Positions 20,854-29,931 of a DNA stretch of 64,000 bases are shown in pieces (position 1 is the first letter of the stretch; every line of letters begins with the position of its first letter). A program made the position numbers and the translations under genes. The DNA is from an uncultured Bacilli bacterium (GTDB lineage Bacteria; Bacillota_I; Bacilli_A; RF39; UBA660): the NCBI GenBank assembly GCA_934148015.1, contig CAKPCU010000001.1, positions 95,941-159,940 on the forward strand. The letters run 5' to 3'. A model generated the notes under the pieces. The model did not search any database, had not been told where the DNA came from, and was given only the letters and a program-made list of their open reading frames with translations.

Positions 20854-22814
20854 GTGCTTTTTTTAATAAATTTAGAACGGGATGTATTTCCAGGTTCACT
20901 TCCTTTAACATAATAAAGTATTTTTTTTAGTTTTGAATTATTATTAGCTACTTTTCCTGTATTTAAATCAGTTAATACTCCAACAACATTATCAGGTTTA
21001 TCATACCAAACCTCTTTTTTATCTCTTAAGTATTCTTCTATAGCATCTGCCCATATATTTTTAGAATATTTATATTCTTTACTTGATAGTTTTCTATTAT
21101 CATCATATCCAGTCCAAACTCCAACTACAACATCAGGATTATATCCTAAGGTCCATAGATCATAATCAGTTGTACCAGATTTGACTGCATATTTTTTAGT
21201 CAACTTAGGTTTAATAGATGCACATGTTGGTGATGTATAACTTTTAAGCGAAGTATCATATGTATTAGCAAGCATTTCACTTAATATATAAGAGTATGAC
21301 TTATTTAAAATTTCTTCTTTTTTTTCTTTATATTTATATATAACATCCCCATTTCCATCTTCTATTTTTCTTATTATATGATTATTAGTTTTAACTCCTT
21401 CGTTAGCTAAAGATGAATATGCATTTACAAATTCTGTAATTGTAAGCTCGTTAGTTCCTAAAGGAAGTGAAGCATTAGCCTCTAATTTACTTGTAATGCC
21501 CATTTTTTTTGCATAATTAACTAACATATCTTCCCCTAAAAAAAGATGTGTTTTAATAGCGTATATATTATCAGAATAACATATAGCAAGAGCCATTGTA
21601 ATATCATCGTTAGGATATAAATTACCATAATTACTAGGTGAATAAGTTGTTTTATCATCAATTTTAAATGTAGTTGGTTTACTTAAAAACGTAGATGCTG
21701 GTGTAAGACCATTTTCTAGTGCAGAATAATATAATATAGGTTTCATAGTAGAGCCTACCTGTCTTTTAGAATTAATAGCTCTATTATACTGTGATTTAGA
21801 ATAGTCTTTTCCTCCTGCAAGTGCTATTATTTCTCCATTTTTAGGATTAACCATAATAGCTGATGTTTCCATTTCATCTTTTCCCTCAAGATTTTTCTTT
21901 ATACTATCTTCTAGAGAGGTTTGTGCATTAATATCTAAACTAGTATATATCTTTATTCCTTCTTTCCATATTGTCTCATCACTAACCACTTTAAGTTCTT
22001 TTAATTCTTTAATTACTGCATCTTGATAATACATTATAGTAGATAAATTTAAATTTTCTTTTTTACCATAATATGTTAACTTTTCACTTACTGTATCTTT
22101 CATTTTTTCATTTGTTATAACTTTATTATTAACCATTGCTTGTAAAACTTCTTTTTGTCTTTTTTTAGCAGCAGCCTCATCGTTTAAAGGAGAATAATTA
22201 TTAGGTGATTTTGGTATACCAGCTAACATAGCACTTTCAGCTAAAGTTAAATTTTTAGCAGGCTTATTAAAGTAGTAAAGGGATGCATTTTCAATACCTA
22301 AAATACCATTTCCGTAGTTTATAGTATTTAAATATCCTTCTAATATCTCGTCCTTTGAGTATGTAACTTCTAATTTATATGCATACCATGCTTCTTTAAT
22401 TTTTCTTTCCCATGTTTTATCAAATGTTAAGAATAAATTTCTTGCATATTGCTGAGTGATTGTTGATGCACCTTGTTTTAAATCATTTGATTTAATATTG
22501 ATAAACATAGATTTTATAATTCTTGGAATATCAAATCCATTATGATTATAAAAATTTTTATCTTCTGAGTATATGGTAGCATTTACTAAATCTTTTGATA
22601 TATCTTTTAATTTAACCCATTTTTTAGTGCCATTATTTCCTTCGTAGAAGCTCTTTCCATCTTTATCATACATGTATATACTATTTGAATTTTTAATATC
22701 TATTTTACTGCTTATTTTAGCAATTACAAATATTGTAGAATAAAATGCACAAAAAACAAGCATTAATATAATTAATGTTTTTGATATTATTTTTAATTTT
22801 TTCATAGTCTTCAT
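20838..22814 (-). CDS. Class A penicillin-binding protein (GT51 transglycosylase + transpeptidase)
   Basis: GT51 motifs EDKNFYNHNGFD, GASTITQQ, RKIKE. Transpeptidase motifs STMKP (SxxK), SDN, KSGTT. N-terminal TM anchor. Confidence 0.9.
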   Translation of the reverse strand: MKTMKKLKIISKTLIILMLVFCAFYSTIFVIAKISSKIDIKNSNSIYMYDKDGKSFYEGNNGTKKWVKLKDISKDLVNATIYSEDKNFYNHNGFDIPRIIKSMFINIKSNDLKQGASTITQQYARNLFLTFDKTWERKIKEAWYAYKLEVTYSKDEILEGYLNTINYGNGILGIENASLYYFNKPAKNLTLAESAMLAGIPKSPNNYSPLNDEAAAKKRQKEVLQAMVNNKVITNEKMKDTVSEKLTYYGKKENLNLSTIMYYQDAVIKELKELKVVSDETIWKEGIKIYTSLDINAQTSLEDSIKKNLEGKDEMETSAIMVNPKNGEIIALAGGKDYSKSQYNRAINSKRQVGSTMKPILYYSALENGLTPASTFLSKPTTFKIDDKTTYSPSNYGNLYPNDDITMALAICYSDNIYAIKTHLFLGEDMLVNYAKKMGITSKLEANASLPLGTNELTITEFVNAYSSLANEGVKTNNHIIRKIEDGNGDVIYKYKEKKEEILNKSYSYILSEMLANTYDTSLKSYTSPTCASIKPKLTKKYAVKSGTTDYDLWTLGYNPDVVVGVWTGYDDNRKLSSKEYKYSKNIWADAIEEYLRDKKEVWYDKPDNVVGVLTDLNTGKVANNNSKLKKILYYVKGSEPGNTSRSKFIKKSTKKTD

Positions 22815-22953
22815 CCTTCTAAAATTATTATTGGTAGAAAGACTTAAAATATAACAACTATTTATTATATTTAAATAAATGTAATATATAATGAGTCATT
22901 TATAAAAAAAAAGAATTTAATTTTAAAGCAATTTAAAAAAACTATTATTTTTA

Positions 22954-22982
22954 TTGATAATAGCTTTAAAATTTTATATAAT
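22954..22982 (+). promoter_or_regulatory. Near-consensus sigma-A promoter driving a short non-coding transcript
   Basis: TTGATA (22954-22959), a 17-nt spacer, then TATAAT (22977-22982). No start codon between it and the terminator at 23031-23068. Confidence 0.5.
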
Positions 22983-22988
22983 ATATGT

Positions 22989-23068
22989 GTAGGAGACAAC
23001 TAACTAGTTGTTTTCCGGTTTTTGTTTAGAAAACAAGGCTAGAATTAACTAACCTTGTTTATTTTTTT
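22989..23068 (+). ncRNA. Candidate ~80-nt small RNA (possible antitoxin/antisense RNA)
   Basis: Bounded by the promoter above and an intrinsic terminator. Has an internal hairpin ACAACT (22996-23001)/AGTTGT (23006-23011). Convergent with the mini-ORF at 23067-23150. Confidence 0.3.
23031..23068 (+). terminator. Intrinsic terminator of the candidate sRNA
   Basis: AAACAAGG (23031-23038)/CCTTGTTT (23053-23060), followed by ATTTTTTT. Confidence 0.6.
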
Positions 23069-23150
23069 AATTATAAATTATATATAATATAATAAATATT
23101 AAAATGATAATTATTTTAATGTTAAATTTTATTTCGAACTTAAACTTCAT
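23067..23150 (-). CDS. 27-aa hydrophobic peptide (type I toxin-like candidate), not in the ORF track
   Basis: RC translation gives MKFKFEIKFNIKIIIILIFIILYIIYN*. A strong SD GGGTGGTGA ends 5 nt before the ATG (23150-23148). Single predicted TM helix. Confidence 0.35.
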   Translation of the reverse strand: MKFKFEIKFNIKIIIILIFIILYIIYN

Positions 23151-23319
23151 AATTATCACCACCCTTCTTATTCTAAAATAGGTGGAAAACAATGGTTAGT
23201 TTTTTAGTGCCTCCCAATACTTTTATTTGACAAAACTTATATAAATCCCCTTTTTTTTAAAATATTTTGTATAAAATAGTTAAAAACTTAAAAATATAAA
23301 ATTCAAGTACAATATTATG

Positions 23320-23348
23320 TTGACCTTTTTAATATATTATGCTATATT
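23320..23348 (+). promoter_or_regulatory. Sigma-A type promoter for DUF1934-argS
   Basis: TTGACC (23320-23325), a 17-nt spacer, then TATATT (23343-23348). Confidence 0.5.
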
Positions 23349-23377
23349 GTTGCTAGAAAAAATTTAAAGGTGTTTTT

Positions 23378-23752
23378 ATGTCTAAAATTATTATCAATGA
23401 ACGAATTAATTCATCAAATGGAGAAGAAAATATTAATAATAAAAAAGCCATTTTAAAAGATAATAAGATATCTTATGATAGAAATGGTTTTATAATGAAT
23501 ATTATATATGAAGATGAAAAGATATTTATCACTAGAGAAAATAATGATGTAAAAATAGACTTAGAATTTAAAAAGGATCAATCTTTAATAACTAAATATC
23601 ATATTAAAGATATAAATACAATTATTAAACTAGAAACTATAACTAAAGAATTATCTATCTTAGATAATAGAATATATATAAAGTATGATTTGTATATGAA
23701 CGAAGAATTCAGTGATAGTTTTGAGTTTGAATTAGAATGGAGAGATTTATAA
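23378..23752 (+). CDS. DUF1934 (YwiB-like) beta-barrel protein
   Basis: 124 aa. The C-terminal pattern YIKYDLYMNEEFSDSFEFELEW resembles B. subtilis YwiB. Directly upstream of and overlapping argS. Confidence 0.55.
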   Translation: MSKIIINERINSSNGEENINNKKAILKDNKISYDRNGFIMNIIYEDEKIFITRENNDVKIDLEFKKDQSLITKYHIKDINTIIKLETITKELSILDNRIYIKYDLYMNEEFSDSFEFELEWRDL

Positions 23753-25383
23753 TGAACCTAAAACAAAGAATAAAAGAAATTATTTTTTGTGCTTTAAATG
23801 ATTTAGATATCGAATTTAACTTATTAGATATAATGGTAGAAGTTCCAAAGAATAGAGAAAATGGGGATTTTTCTAGTAATATAGCTATGCAGCTTACTAA
23901 GGTTTTGAGGGATAATCCTAGAAATATTGCAGAAAAAATAGTAGATAAAATAAAAGAAAATACTAAAGAAATAGAAAAAGTAGAGATTGCTGGACCTGGA
24001 TTTATTAATATTTATTTAAATGATGAATATGTTTTTAGCGGGATAGAAAATGTCCTTAAAGCTGATAAAGATTATGGTAAATTAAATATTGGTAATAATA
24101 AAAAAATAGATATAGAGTTTGTTAGTGCAAACCCAACAGGTATACTTCATTTAGGTACAGCTCGTGGAGCTGCTTACGGGGCTAATCTTGCTAATATAAT
24201 GTCTTTTGCAGGATATAATGTTACTAAAGAATATTATATAAATGATGCTGGAAATCAGATAAATAACCTTGGTTTGTCTTTAAAAGAAAGATATAAAGGA
24301 TTATGTGGTTTAGAAGAAAATATGCCAGAAGATGGATATTATGGAAGTGAAATAATAGATATTGCTAAAAATATTAAAGATAAATATTCTGATAAAAAGT
24401 TAGATGAAGATATAGAGTACTTTAAAAAAGTAGCGGTTGATTATTTATTAGGCATTATAAAAAAAGACTTATCAGATTTTAAAGTTACTTTTGACGTTTG
24501 GACTTCTGAAAAAGATATTCGCGCTAAAGGAAGAATAGAAGAGTCAATAAAAATATTAGATGAAAAAGGATTAGTATATAAAAAAGATGATGCGCTATTT
24601 CTTAAAACTACTAATTATGGTGATGATAAGGATAGGGTTTTAGTTAAAACTGATGGAAGTTATACTTATTTAGTTCCAGATATTGCATATCATCTAGATA
24701 AATTTGATAGGGGATTTGATTATTTAGTTGATGTTTTTGGGGCTGATCATCATAGTTATGTATCTAGATTAAAAGCTAGTATTGAGGCTTTAGGTTATGA
24801 TAAAGATAAACTAGAGGTTAGACTTTTACAAATGGTTAGATTACTTCGTGATGGAGAAGTTGTTAAAATGAGTAAAAGAACTGGTGGCAACATAACTATA
24901 AGAGAATTAGTAGATGAAATTGGCTCAGATGCAGCTAGATACTTTTTTGCTAGTAGGTCATTAGATGGTCAGATGGACTTTGATATAAACTTAGCCTTAA
25001 AGAAATCTAATGAAAATCCATTCTTTTATGTTGGATATGCTCATGCTAGAATATGTTCTATAATAAATGAGGCAAATTTAAAAAAAATTAATTTTGCTAC
25101 GACTTATGAAAAAATATATGATGATGATTCAAAGGCTTTACTTCTTAAAGTATATGATTTTTCAAGTGTAGTTGAAGTATCATCAGGTAAGAAAGAACCT
25201 CATTTAATTACTAATTATGTGTATGAATTAGCTTCTATGTTCCATAATTATTATGGTAAGCATAGAATATTAACTGAAGATATAGCTTCATCTAGTCAAA
25301 GACTAAGTTTGATAAAAGCAGTAGCTATTACTATAAATAATGCTTTAAATCTTATTGGTGTTGAAGCACCTAATAAAATGTAG
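23752..25383 (+). CDS. argS: Arginine--tRNA ligase
   Basis: Class I signature ANPTGILHLGTARG and KMSKRTG. MNLKQRIKEII matches the usual ArgS N-terminus. The ATG overlaps the upstream stop. Confidence 0.95.
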   Translation: MNLKQRIKEIIFCALNDLDIEFNLLDIMVEVPKNRENGDFSSNIAMQLTKVLRDNPRNIAEKIVDKIKENTKEIEKVEIAGPGFINIYLNDEYVFSGIENVLKADKDYGKLNIGNNKKIDIEFVSANPTGILHLGTARGAAYGANLANIMSFAGYNVTKEYYINDAGNQINNLGLSLKERYKGLCGLEENMPEDGYYGSEIIDIAKNIKDKYSDKKLDEDIEYFKKVAVDYLLGIIKKDLSDFKVTFDVWTSEKDIRAKGRIEESIKILDEKGLVYKKDDALFLKTTNYGDDKDRVLVKTDGSYTYLVPDIAYHLDKFDRGFDYLVDVFGADHHSYVSRLKASIEALGYDKDKLEVRLLQMVRLLRDGEVVKMSKRTGGNITIRELVDEIGSDAARYFFASRSLDGQMDFDINLALKKSNENPFFYVGYAHARICSIINEANLKKINFATTYEKIYDDDSKALLLKVYDFSSVVEVSSGKKEPHLITNYVYELASMFHNYYGKHRILTEDIASSSQRLSLIKAVAITINNALNLIGVEAPNKM

Positions 25384-25393
25384 GAGGATACTT

Positions 25394-25819
25394 ATGAATA
25401 TTAGACAAATGCCTTTAGAGGAATTAGAATTACTTTCTTATACAGATATAGCTTATGAACTATTAAAGCTAGATAAAAAGTCTGCAACTACGCCAATTTT
25501 ATTTGGTGAAGTTTGCAAATTATTACAAATAGATGAAAATTCTATGTATGAAATGATAGGAGATTTTTATACGACACTTACAACAGATAAAAGATTTATT
25601 CTTTTAGATAATGCTGAGTGGGATTTAAAAGAAAATCATAAAGTAAAACCTATAGTAGATGATGAGGATGAAGAAGAGGTAGTAGAAGAACAAGAAGAAT
25701 CTGAAGAATCTGAAGATGATGCAGTAGCTAATGATGAAGAAGATTACGAAGAAGATACTGATGATTTAGATGACTTAGATGATTTAGCAATTGTAACGGA
25801 AGAAGAGATGGAAGAGTAA
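25394..25819 (+). CDS. rpoE: RNA polymerase delta subunit
   Basis: N-terminal HARE-HTH-like domain ([29 protein letters not shown]) plus a polyacidic tail. RBS taggagg precedes ATG 25394. Confidence 0.9.
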   Translation: MNIRQMPLEELELLSYTDIAYELLKLDKKSATTPILFGEVCKLLQIDENSMYEMIGDFYTTLTTDKRFILLDNAEWDLKENHKVKPIVDDEDEEEVVEEQEESEESEDDAVANDEEDYEEDTDDLDDLDDLAIVTEEEMEE

Positions 25820-26874
25820 TGTTTGAAAGATTAGAAGATATAAAAAAAAGATATGATTTTATTACAAATGAACTTACTAAACCTGAAGTAATTAGCGATG
25901 TAAAAAAAACAATGTCATTATCAAAAGAACAATCAGATTTATCAGAAATTATAGAGTGCTATAATGCATATTTAAAATCAAAACAAGACTATGAAGAAGC
26001 AAAAGAGTTAGCAAAAGATCCTGAAATGGCTTCATTTGCACAGGAAGAAGAAGAAAAACAATTAGAACTTGGAAAAAAATTAGAAAAAGATCTTGAGATT
26101 CTCCTACTTCCTAAAGATCCTAATGATGGTAAAAATATAATAGTAGAAATACGCGGTGCAGCTGGTGGTGATGAGGCTAACATTTTTGCGGGTGACTTAT
26201 ATAACATGTATGTTAGATATGCTGAAAATCAAGGCTTTAAAGTTGAAAACTTAGAAAGCACTCCAGGTCAATCAGGTGGATTTTCTGAAATATCATTTAT
26301 GATAAAAGGAGAAAATGTTTACTCTAAGTTAAAATATGAATCTGGAGCTCACCGTGTTCAAAGAGTGCCAGCAACAGAATCTCAAGGAAGAGTACACACA
26401 TCAACAGCAACAGTACTTGTTATGCCTGAAGTAGATGATGTTGATTTTGAACTTGATATGAATGATGTTAGAGTAGATATTACAAGATCATCAGGATGTG
26501 GTGGACAAGGAGTTAATACAACGGATTCAGCGGTTAGATTAACTCATATACCTACTGGTATAATAGTATATTCTCAAACAGAAAGATCACAAATTAGAAA
26601 TAAAGAAAAAGCTATTAAAATACTAAAATCAAGAGTATATGATTTAAAATTAAGAGAGCAAGAACAGGAACTTGGAGCTGAAAGAAAAAATAAGATAGGT
26701 ACTGGTGATAGATCTGAAAAGATAAGAACATATAATTATCCACAAAATAGAGTAACAGATCATCGTATAGGGTATACTACAAATTCATTAGATAGAGTAA
26801 TGAATGGTAAATTGGATGATATAATTGAAGCTTTAATTACTGAAGATCAAAGAAGAAAATTAGCTGGAGAATAA
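25819..26874 (+). CDS. prfA: Peptide chain release factor 1
   Basis: PAT anticodon motif (VPATESQGR) and GGQ (SGCGGQGVN). Confidence 0.97.
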   Translation: MFERLEDIKKRYDFITNELTKPEVISDVKKTMSLSKEQSDLSEIIECYNAYLKSKQDYEEAKELAKDPEMASFAQEEEEKQLELGKKLEKDLEILLLPKDPNDGKNIIVEIRGAAGGDEANIFAGDLYNMYVRYAENQGFKVENLESTPGQSGGFSEISFMIKGENVYSKLKYESGAHRVQRVPATESQGRVHTSTATVLVMPEVDDVDFELDMNDVRVDITRSSGCGGQGVNTTDSAVRLTHIPTGIIVYSQTERSQIRNKEKAIKILKSRVYDLKLREQEQELGAERKNKIGTGDRSEKIRTYNYPQNRVTDHRIGYTTNSLDRVMNGKLDDIIEALITEDQRRKLAGE

Positions 26875-26922
26875 TACTTCAGTTTTTTCATATGGTATAA
26901 TAGTTATAGGAGTTGGTTAAAT

Positions 26923-28035
26923 ATGAAATATATGTATCCTGATTATAAAAATGGATTAGTAAATGTAGCTTGTTCAATAGAAAAGTATTTTGGTACATCT
27001 TATAAGCATAAAACAAATACTTTATTAGATGAGATTTTAAGTAAGCAAAACAATAAAAACGTAGTATTATTTTTATTTGATGGATTAGGATACAATATAC
27101 TTAAAGAATATAAAGATAAGTGTAAATTTTTATATGAACACTTAATAGGAGATATTTCATCTAACTTTCCTTCTACTACTATGTCAGCTAGAACAACAGT
27201 AGAATCAGGTCTTACACCTATAGAACATGGCTGGCTTGGTTGGGATATGTACTTTAAGGATTTTGATGAGGTTATTACCTTAACTAAAAACGTTATAAAA
27301 GGAACAAAGAAAAAAGTATCTGATTTTCATGTTGCAAAAACGTATCTTAAATATGAACCTGTAACTGATAAAATAAATAAAATGGAAGGTTGTATAGGTA
27401 AAACGCTAAGAGTTTATAGTAATCATCCAAATGAGTCACTTAGAAAGATGAAAAGAAGCATAAAAAAGCTTACTAAGAATAAAGAAAAAGTATATGTTTA
27501 TGCATATTATAATGAACCAGATCATGCACTTCATCATAATGGTGTTGGATCAGATAAAATGATAAAGTACTTAAAACATATAAATAAATGGTTTAAAAGA
27601 ATTTGTAAGTCTTTAAAAAACACAACTGTAATAGCACTAGCAGATCATGGACATATAAATGTAGAATATATTAATCTTATGGATTATAAAAAAATTACTA
27701 ATATGTTAGATAGTGATATTTCTATAGATGATAGAGCTACATCTTTTAGAGTGAAAAAAGAGTATAAAAAAGAATTTTATTATGAACTTAAAAAGATACT
27801 TAAAGATGATTTTATAATAATGACTAAAAAAGAAGTTATTAAAAATAAATTATATGGTGATGGAGTAGAAAATAAATATTTTCAAGATGGATTAGGAGAT
27901 TACTTTGCACTTGGTATAAATAATAAAGCAATTAGATGTAATAATAAGACAAATTTACATAAATCAGCTCATTCGGGACTTACTTTAGATGAGATGCTTG
28001 TTCCACTTATTGTTGTTGATACAAATAAAATATAA
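26923..28035 (+). CDS. Alkaline-phosphatase-superfamily protein (phosphodiesterase/nucleotide pyrophosphatase or PglZ-like fold)
   Basis: Metal and nucleophile motifs in AlkP order: FLFDGLG, FPSTTMSARTT, YNEPDHALHHNG, LADHGH. Confidence 0.65.
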   Translation: MKYMYPDYKNGLVNVACSIEKYFGTSYKHKTNTLLDEILSKQNNKNVVLFLFDGLGYNILKEYKDKCKFLYEHLIGDISSNFPSTTMSARTTVESGLTPIEHGWLGWDMYFKDFDEVITLTKNVIKGTKKKVSDFHVAKTYLKYEPVTDKINKMEGCIGKTLRVYSNHPNESLRKMKRSIKKLTKNKEKVYVYAYYNEPDHALHHNGVGSDKMIKYLKHINKWFKRICKSLKNTTVIALADHGHINVEYINLMDYKKITNMLDSDISIDDRATSFRVKKEYKKEFYYELKKILKDDFIIMTKKEVIKNKLYGDGVENKYFQDGLGDYFALGINNKAIRCNNKTNLHKSAHSGLTLDEMLVPLIVVDTNKI

Positions 28036-28044
28036 GGAGTAGAT

Positions 28045-28758
28045 ATGAATAAAGATATAGAATATTTGAAAAAATATTATAAGGGAGATATAAATGCTGC
28101 TATAAAAAGACTAAATATGGGAGAACCTGTTCAGTACATAGTAGGGGATGTTGATTTTTATGGTAACATAATAAAGGTAAATAAAAACGTATTAATACCA
28201 AGAAGAGAAACAGAGGAACTGGTTGAGAAAGTTTTAAAACGTACCCAGGTGTTCGATAATCCTGTAATAGCAGATATTGGAACAGGTAGTGGTGCAATAG
28301 CTATAACTTTGGCAAAGAAGTTAAATACCTTAGTATATGCATCTGATATAAGTTTAAAAGCCCTTGAAGTAGCTAAAGAAAACGTAGCTACAAATAAAGT
28401 GGATGTTACTTTCTTTGAAGGAGACATGTTAAAACCATATATTAAAAACAATATAAAGTTAGATGTTATTGTAAGTAATCCACCATATATAAAAAAAGAT
28501 GAGAAAATAGAAGATATAGTTAAAAATAATGAACCTCATCTGGCACTTTATGCTAAAAATAACGGTTTAGAGTTTTATGATAGTATATTAAAAAACGCTA
28601 GTTATGTTTTAAAAGATAAATACTTAATAGCATTTGAAATAGGTATGGATCAGGGGAAGAATATAGAGGCATTAGCTAAAAAATATCTAAGTAATTCTAT
28701 AGTCGAAATAGAAAAAGATTTGTCTGATAAAGATAGGTTTATTTTTGTATATAATTAA
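28045..28758 (+). CDS. prmC: Release factor glutamine N5-methyltransferase
   Basis: DIGTGSGAIA SAM loop and a VSNPPYI motif. Neighbours prfA. Confidence 0.9.
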   Translation: MNKDIEYLKKYYKGDINAAIKRLNMGEPVQYIVGDVDFYGNIIKVNKNVLIPRRETEELVEKVLKRTQVFDNPVIADIGTGSGAIAITLAKKLNTLVYASDISLKALEVAKENVATNKVDVTFFEGDMLKPYIKNNIKLDVIVSNPPYIKKDEKIEDIVKNNEPHLALYAKNNGLEFYDSILKNASYVLKDKYLIAFEIGMDQGKNIEALAKKYLSNSIVEIEKDLSDKDRFIFVYN

Positions 28759-28761
28759 AAT

Positions 28762-28793
28762 AATCACCCATTAATTAATAGAGGGTGATTTTT
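28762..28793 (+). terminator. Hairpin/terminator after prmC that contains the spoIIR Shine-Dalgarno
   Basis: AATCACCC (28762-28769)/GGGTGATT (28783-28790), followed by TTT. The right arm is the RBS for ATG 28796. Confidence 0.45.
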
Positions 28794-28795
28794 AT

Positions 28796-29320
28796 ATGAA
28801 AAAAGTATTTGTATTTATTTTAATGTTATTGCTAGTAGTATCTGTTTATAAGAAAAGTAATGATTCTGTTAAGATTCCAGATTCTGCAATAAGATTTAGA
28901 ATTTTAGCTAATAGTAATTCTCCAAGAGATCAAAAAATAAAAGAAGATATAAGAAATAAAATGCAAAAAGAATTATACTCATTACTTCAAAATTCTAAAA
29001 GTATAAATGATTCTAGAAAAATAATAAATAGTAACATGAGTAATTTTGATGAGATTTTAAAAGATTCTATGAAAGATATAGAATATCCATATAGCATTGA
29101 TTATGGTATGCATTATTTTCCATCTAAAACATATAAAGGAATAACATATGATGAGGGTAATTATGAATCATTATTAGTAACACTAGGTAGTGGAAAAGGT
29201 GATAATTGGTGGTGTGTTTTATTTCCTCCTCTTTGCTTACTAGAAGCAGAAGAAAGCTCTGATGTTAAAAACGTAGAGTATAAATCTTTTATAAAAGAAA
29301 TAATTGAAAAATATTTTTAA
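28796..29320 (+). CDS. spoIIR: Stage II sporulation protein R
   Basis: Signal/anchor peptide, IRFRILANSNSPRDQKIK, and the GDNWWCVLFPPLC signature. Confidence 0.85.
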   Translation: MKKVFVFILMLLLVVSVYKKSNDSVKIPDSAIRFRILANSNSPRDQKIKEDIRNKMQKELYSLLQNSKSINDSRKIINSNMSNFDEILKDSMKDIEYPYSIDYGMHYFPSKTYKGITYDEGNYESLLVTLGSGKGDNWWCVLFPPLCLLEAEESSDVKNVEYKSFIKEIIEKYF

Positions 29321-29346
29321 GATAAATGTAATAATATAATGTAGAG

Positions 29347-29883
29347 GTGATTTATATCTTAGACATTATATTAATTGCAGTAAGTTTAAGTATGGATGCA
29401 TTTGCATTATCATTTTCTTATGGAATAAGCAAAGTAAATATTAAAAAAATTATTTTAACAGCTATAGTAGTTGGCACTTTTCATTTTATTATGCCTCTTT
29501 TGGGCAATTTTGTTGGAATGCCATTATTCAAATACACTTTAATAAAACCTAGAATTATACTGTTTTTAGTGTTTTTAATACTTTCTATAGACATGTTTAT
29601 TCACTATTTTGAAGATGAAGTTATTTTAAGAAAACTAAATGTAGTTGGCATTGTTTTGTTTGCTATTTCAGTTAGTTTAGATAGTTTTACTGTTGGTCTA
29701 GGTATTAATTATATATATGATAATATCTATTTTGCAGCATATATTTTTGCATTTATTAGTGCATTTTTTACGTTTTTAGGCTTTTTGTCTGGAAAAATAC
29801 TATCTAAAAGAATAGGAAAGTACTCATTTTTAATAGGAAGTGCGTTTTTGTTTATTTATTCTTTATATATCTTGACAAACTGA
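29347..29883 (+). CDS. MntP/YtaF family (DUF204) membrane protein
   Basis: Two DUF204 repeats (SMDAFALS; SLDSFTVG) and six TM segments. No room for a yybP-ykoY riboswitch upstream, so a YtaF-like sporulation role is as likely as MntP. Confidence 0.7.
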   Translation: MIYILDIILIAVSLSMDAFALSFSYGISKVNIKKIILTAIVVGTFHFIMPLLGNFVGMPLFKYTLIKPRIILFLVFLILSIDMFIHYFEDEVILRKLNVVGIVLFAISVSLDSFTVGLGINYIYDNIYFAAYIFAFISAFFTFLGFLSGKILSKRIGKYSFLIGSAFLFIYSLYILTN

Positions 29884-29931
29884 TGCTTTTGTGGTAATAT
29901 ACATGGCATTCAATCAAAAGGGGGAATTTGA

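Noticed and set aside
23161-23377. T-box leader upstream of DUF1934-argS.
   Set aside because: There is no T-box consensus (AANNNGGGTGGTACCGCG-like) and no specifier/antiterminator architecture in the ~200 nt upstream.
26500-26511. RF1 reads GGQG instead of the usual GGQH.
   Set aside because: This is real in the sequence, but I cannot judge from memory how variable the residue after GGQ is in low-GC lineages. It is not strong enough for a finding.
29321-29346. yybP-ykoY (manganese) riboswitch before the MntP-like gene.
   Set aside because: The spacer is only 26 nt, which is far too short for the riboswitch.
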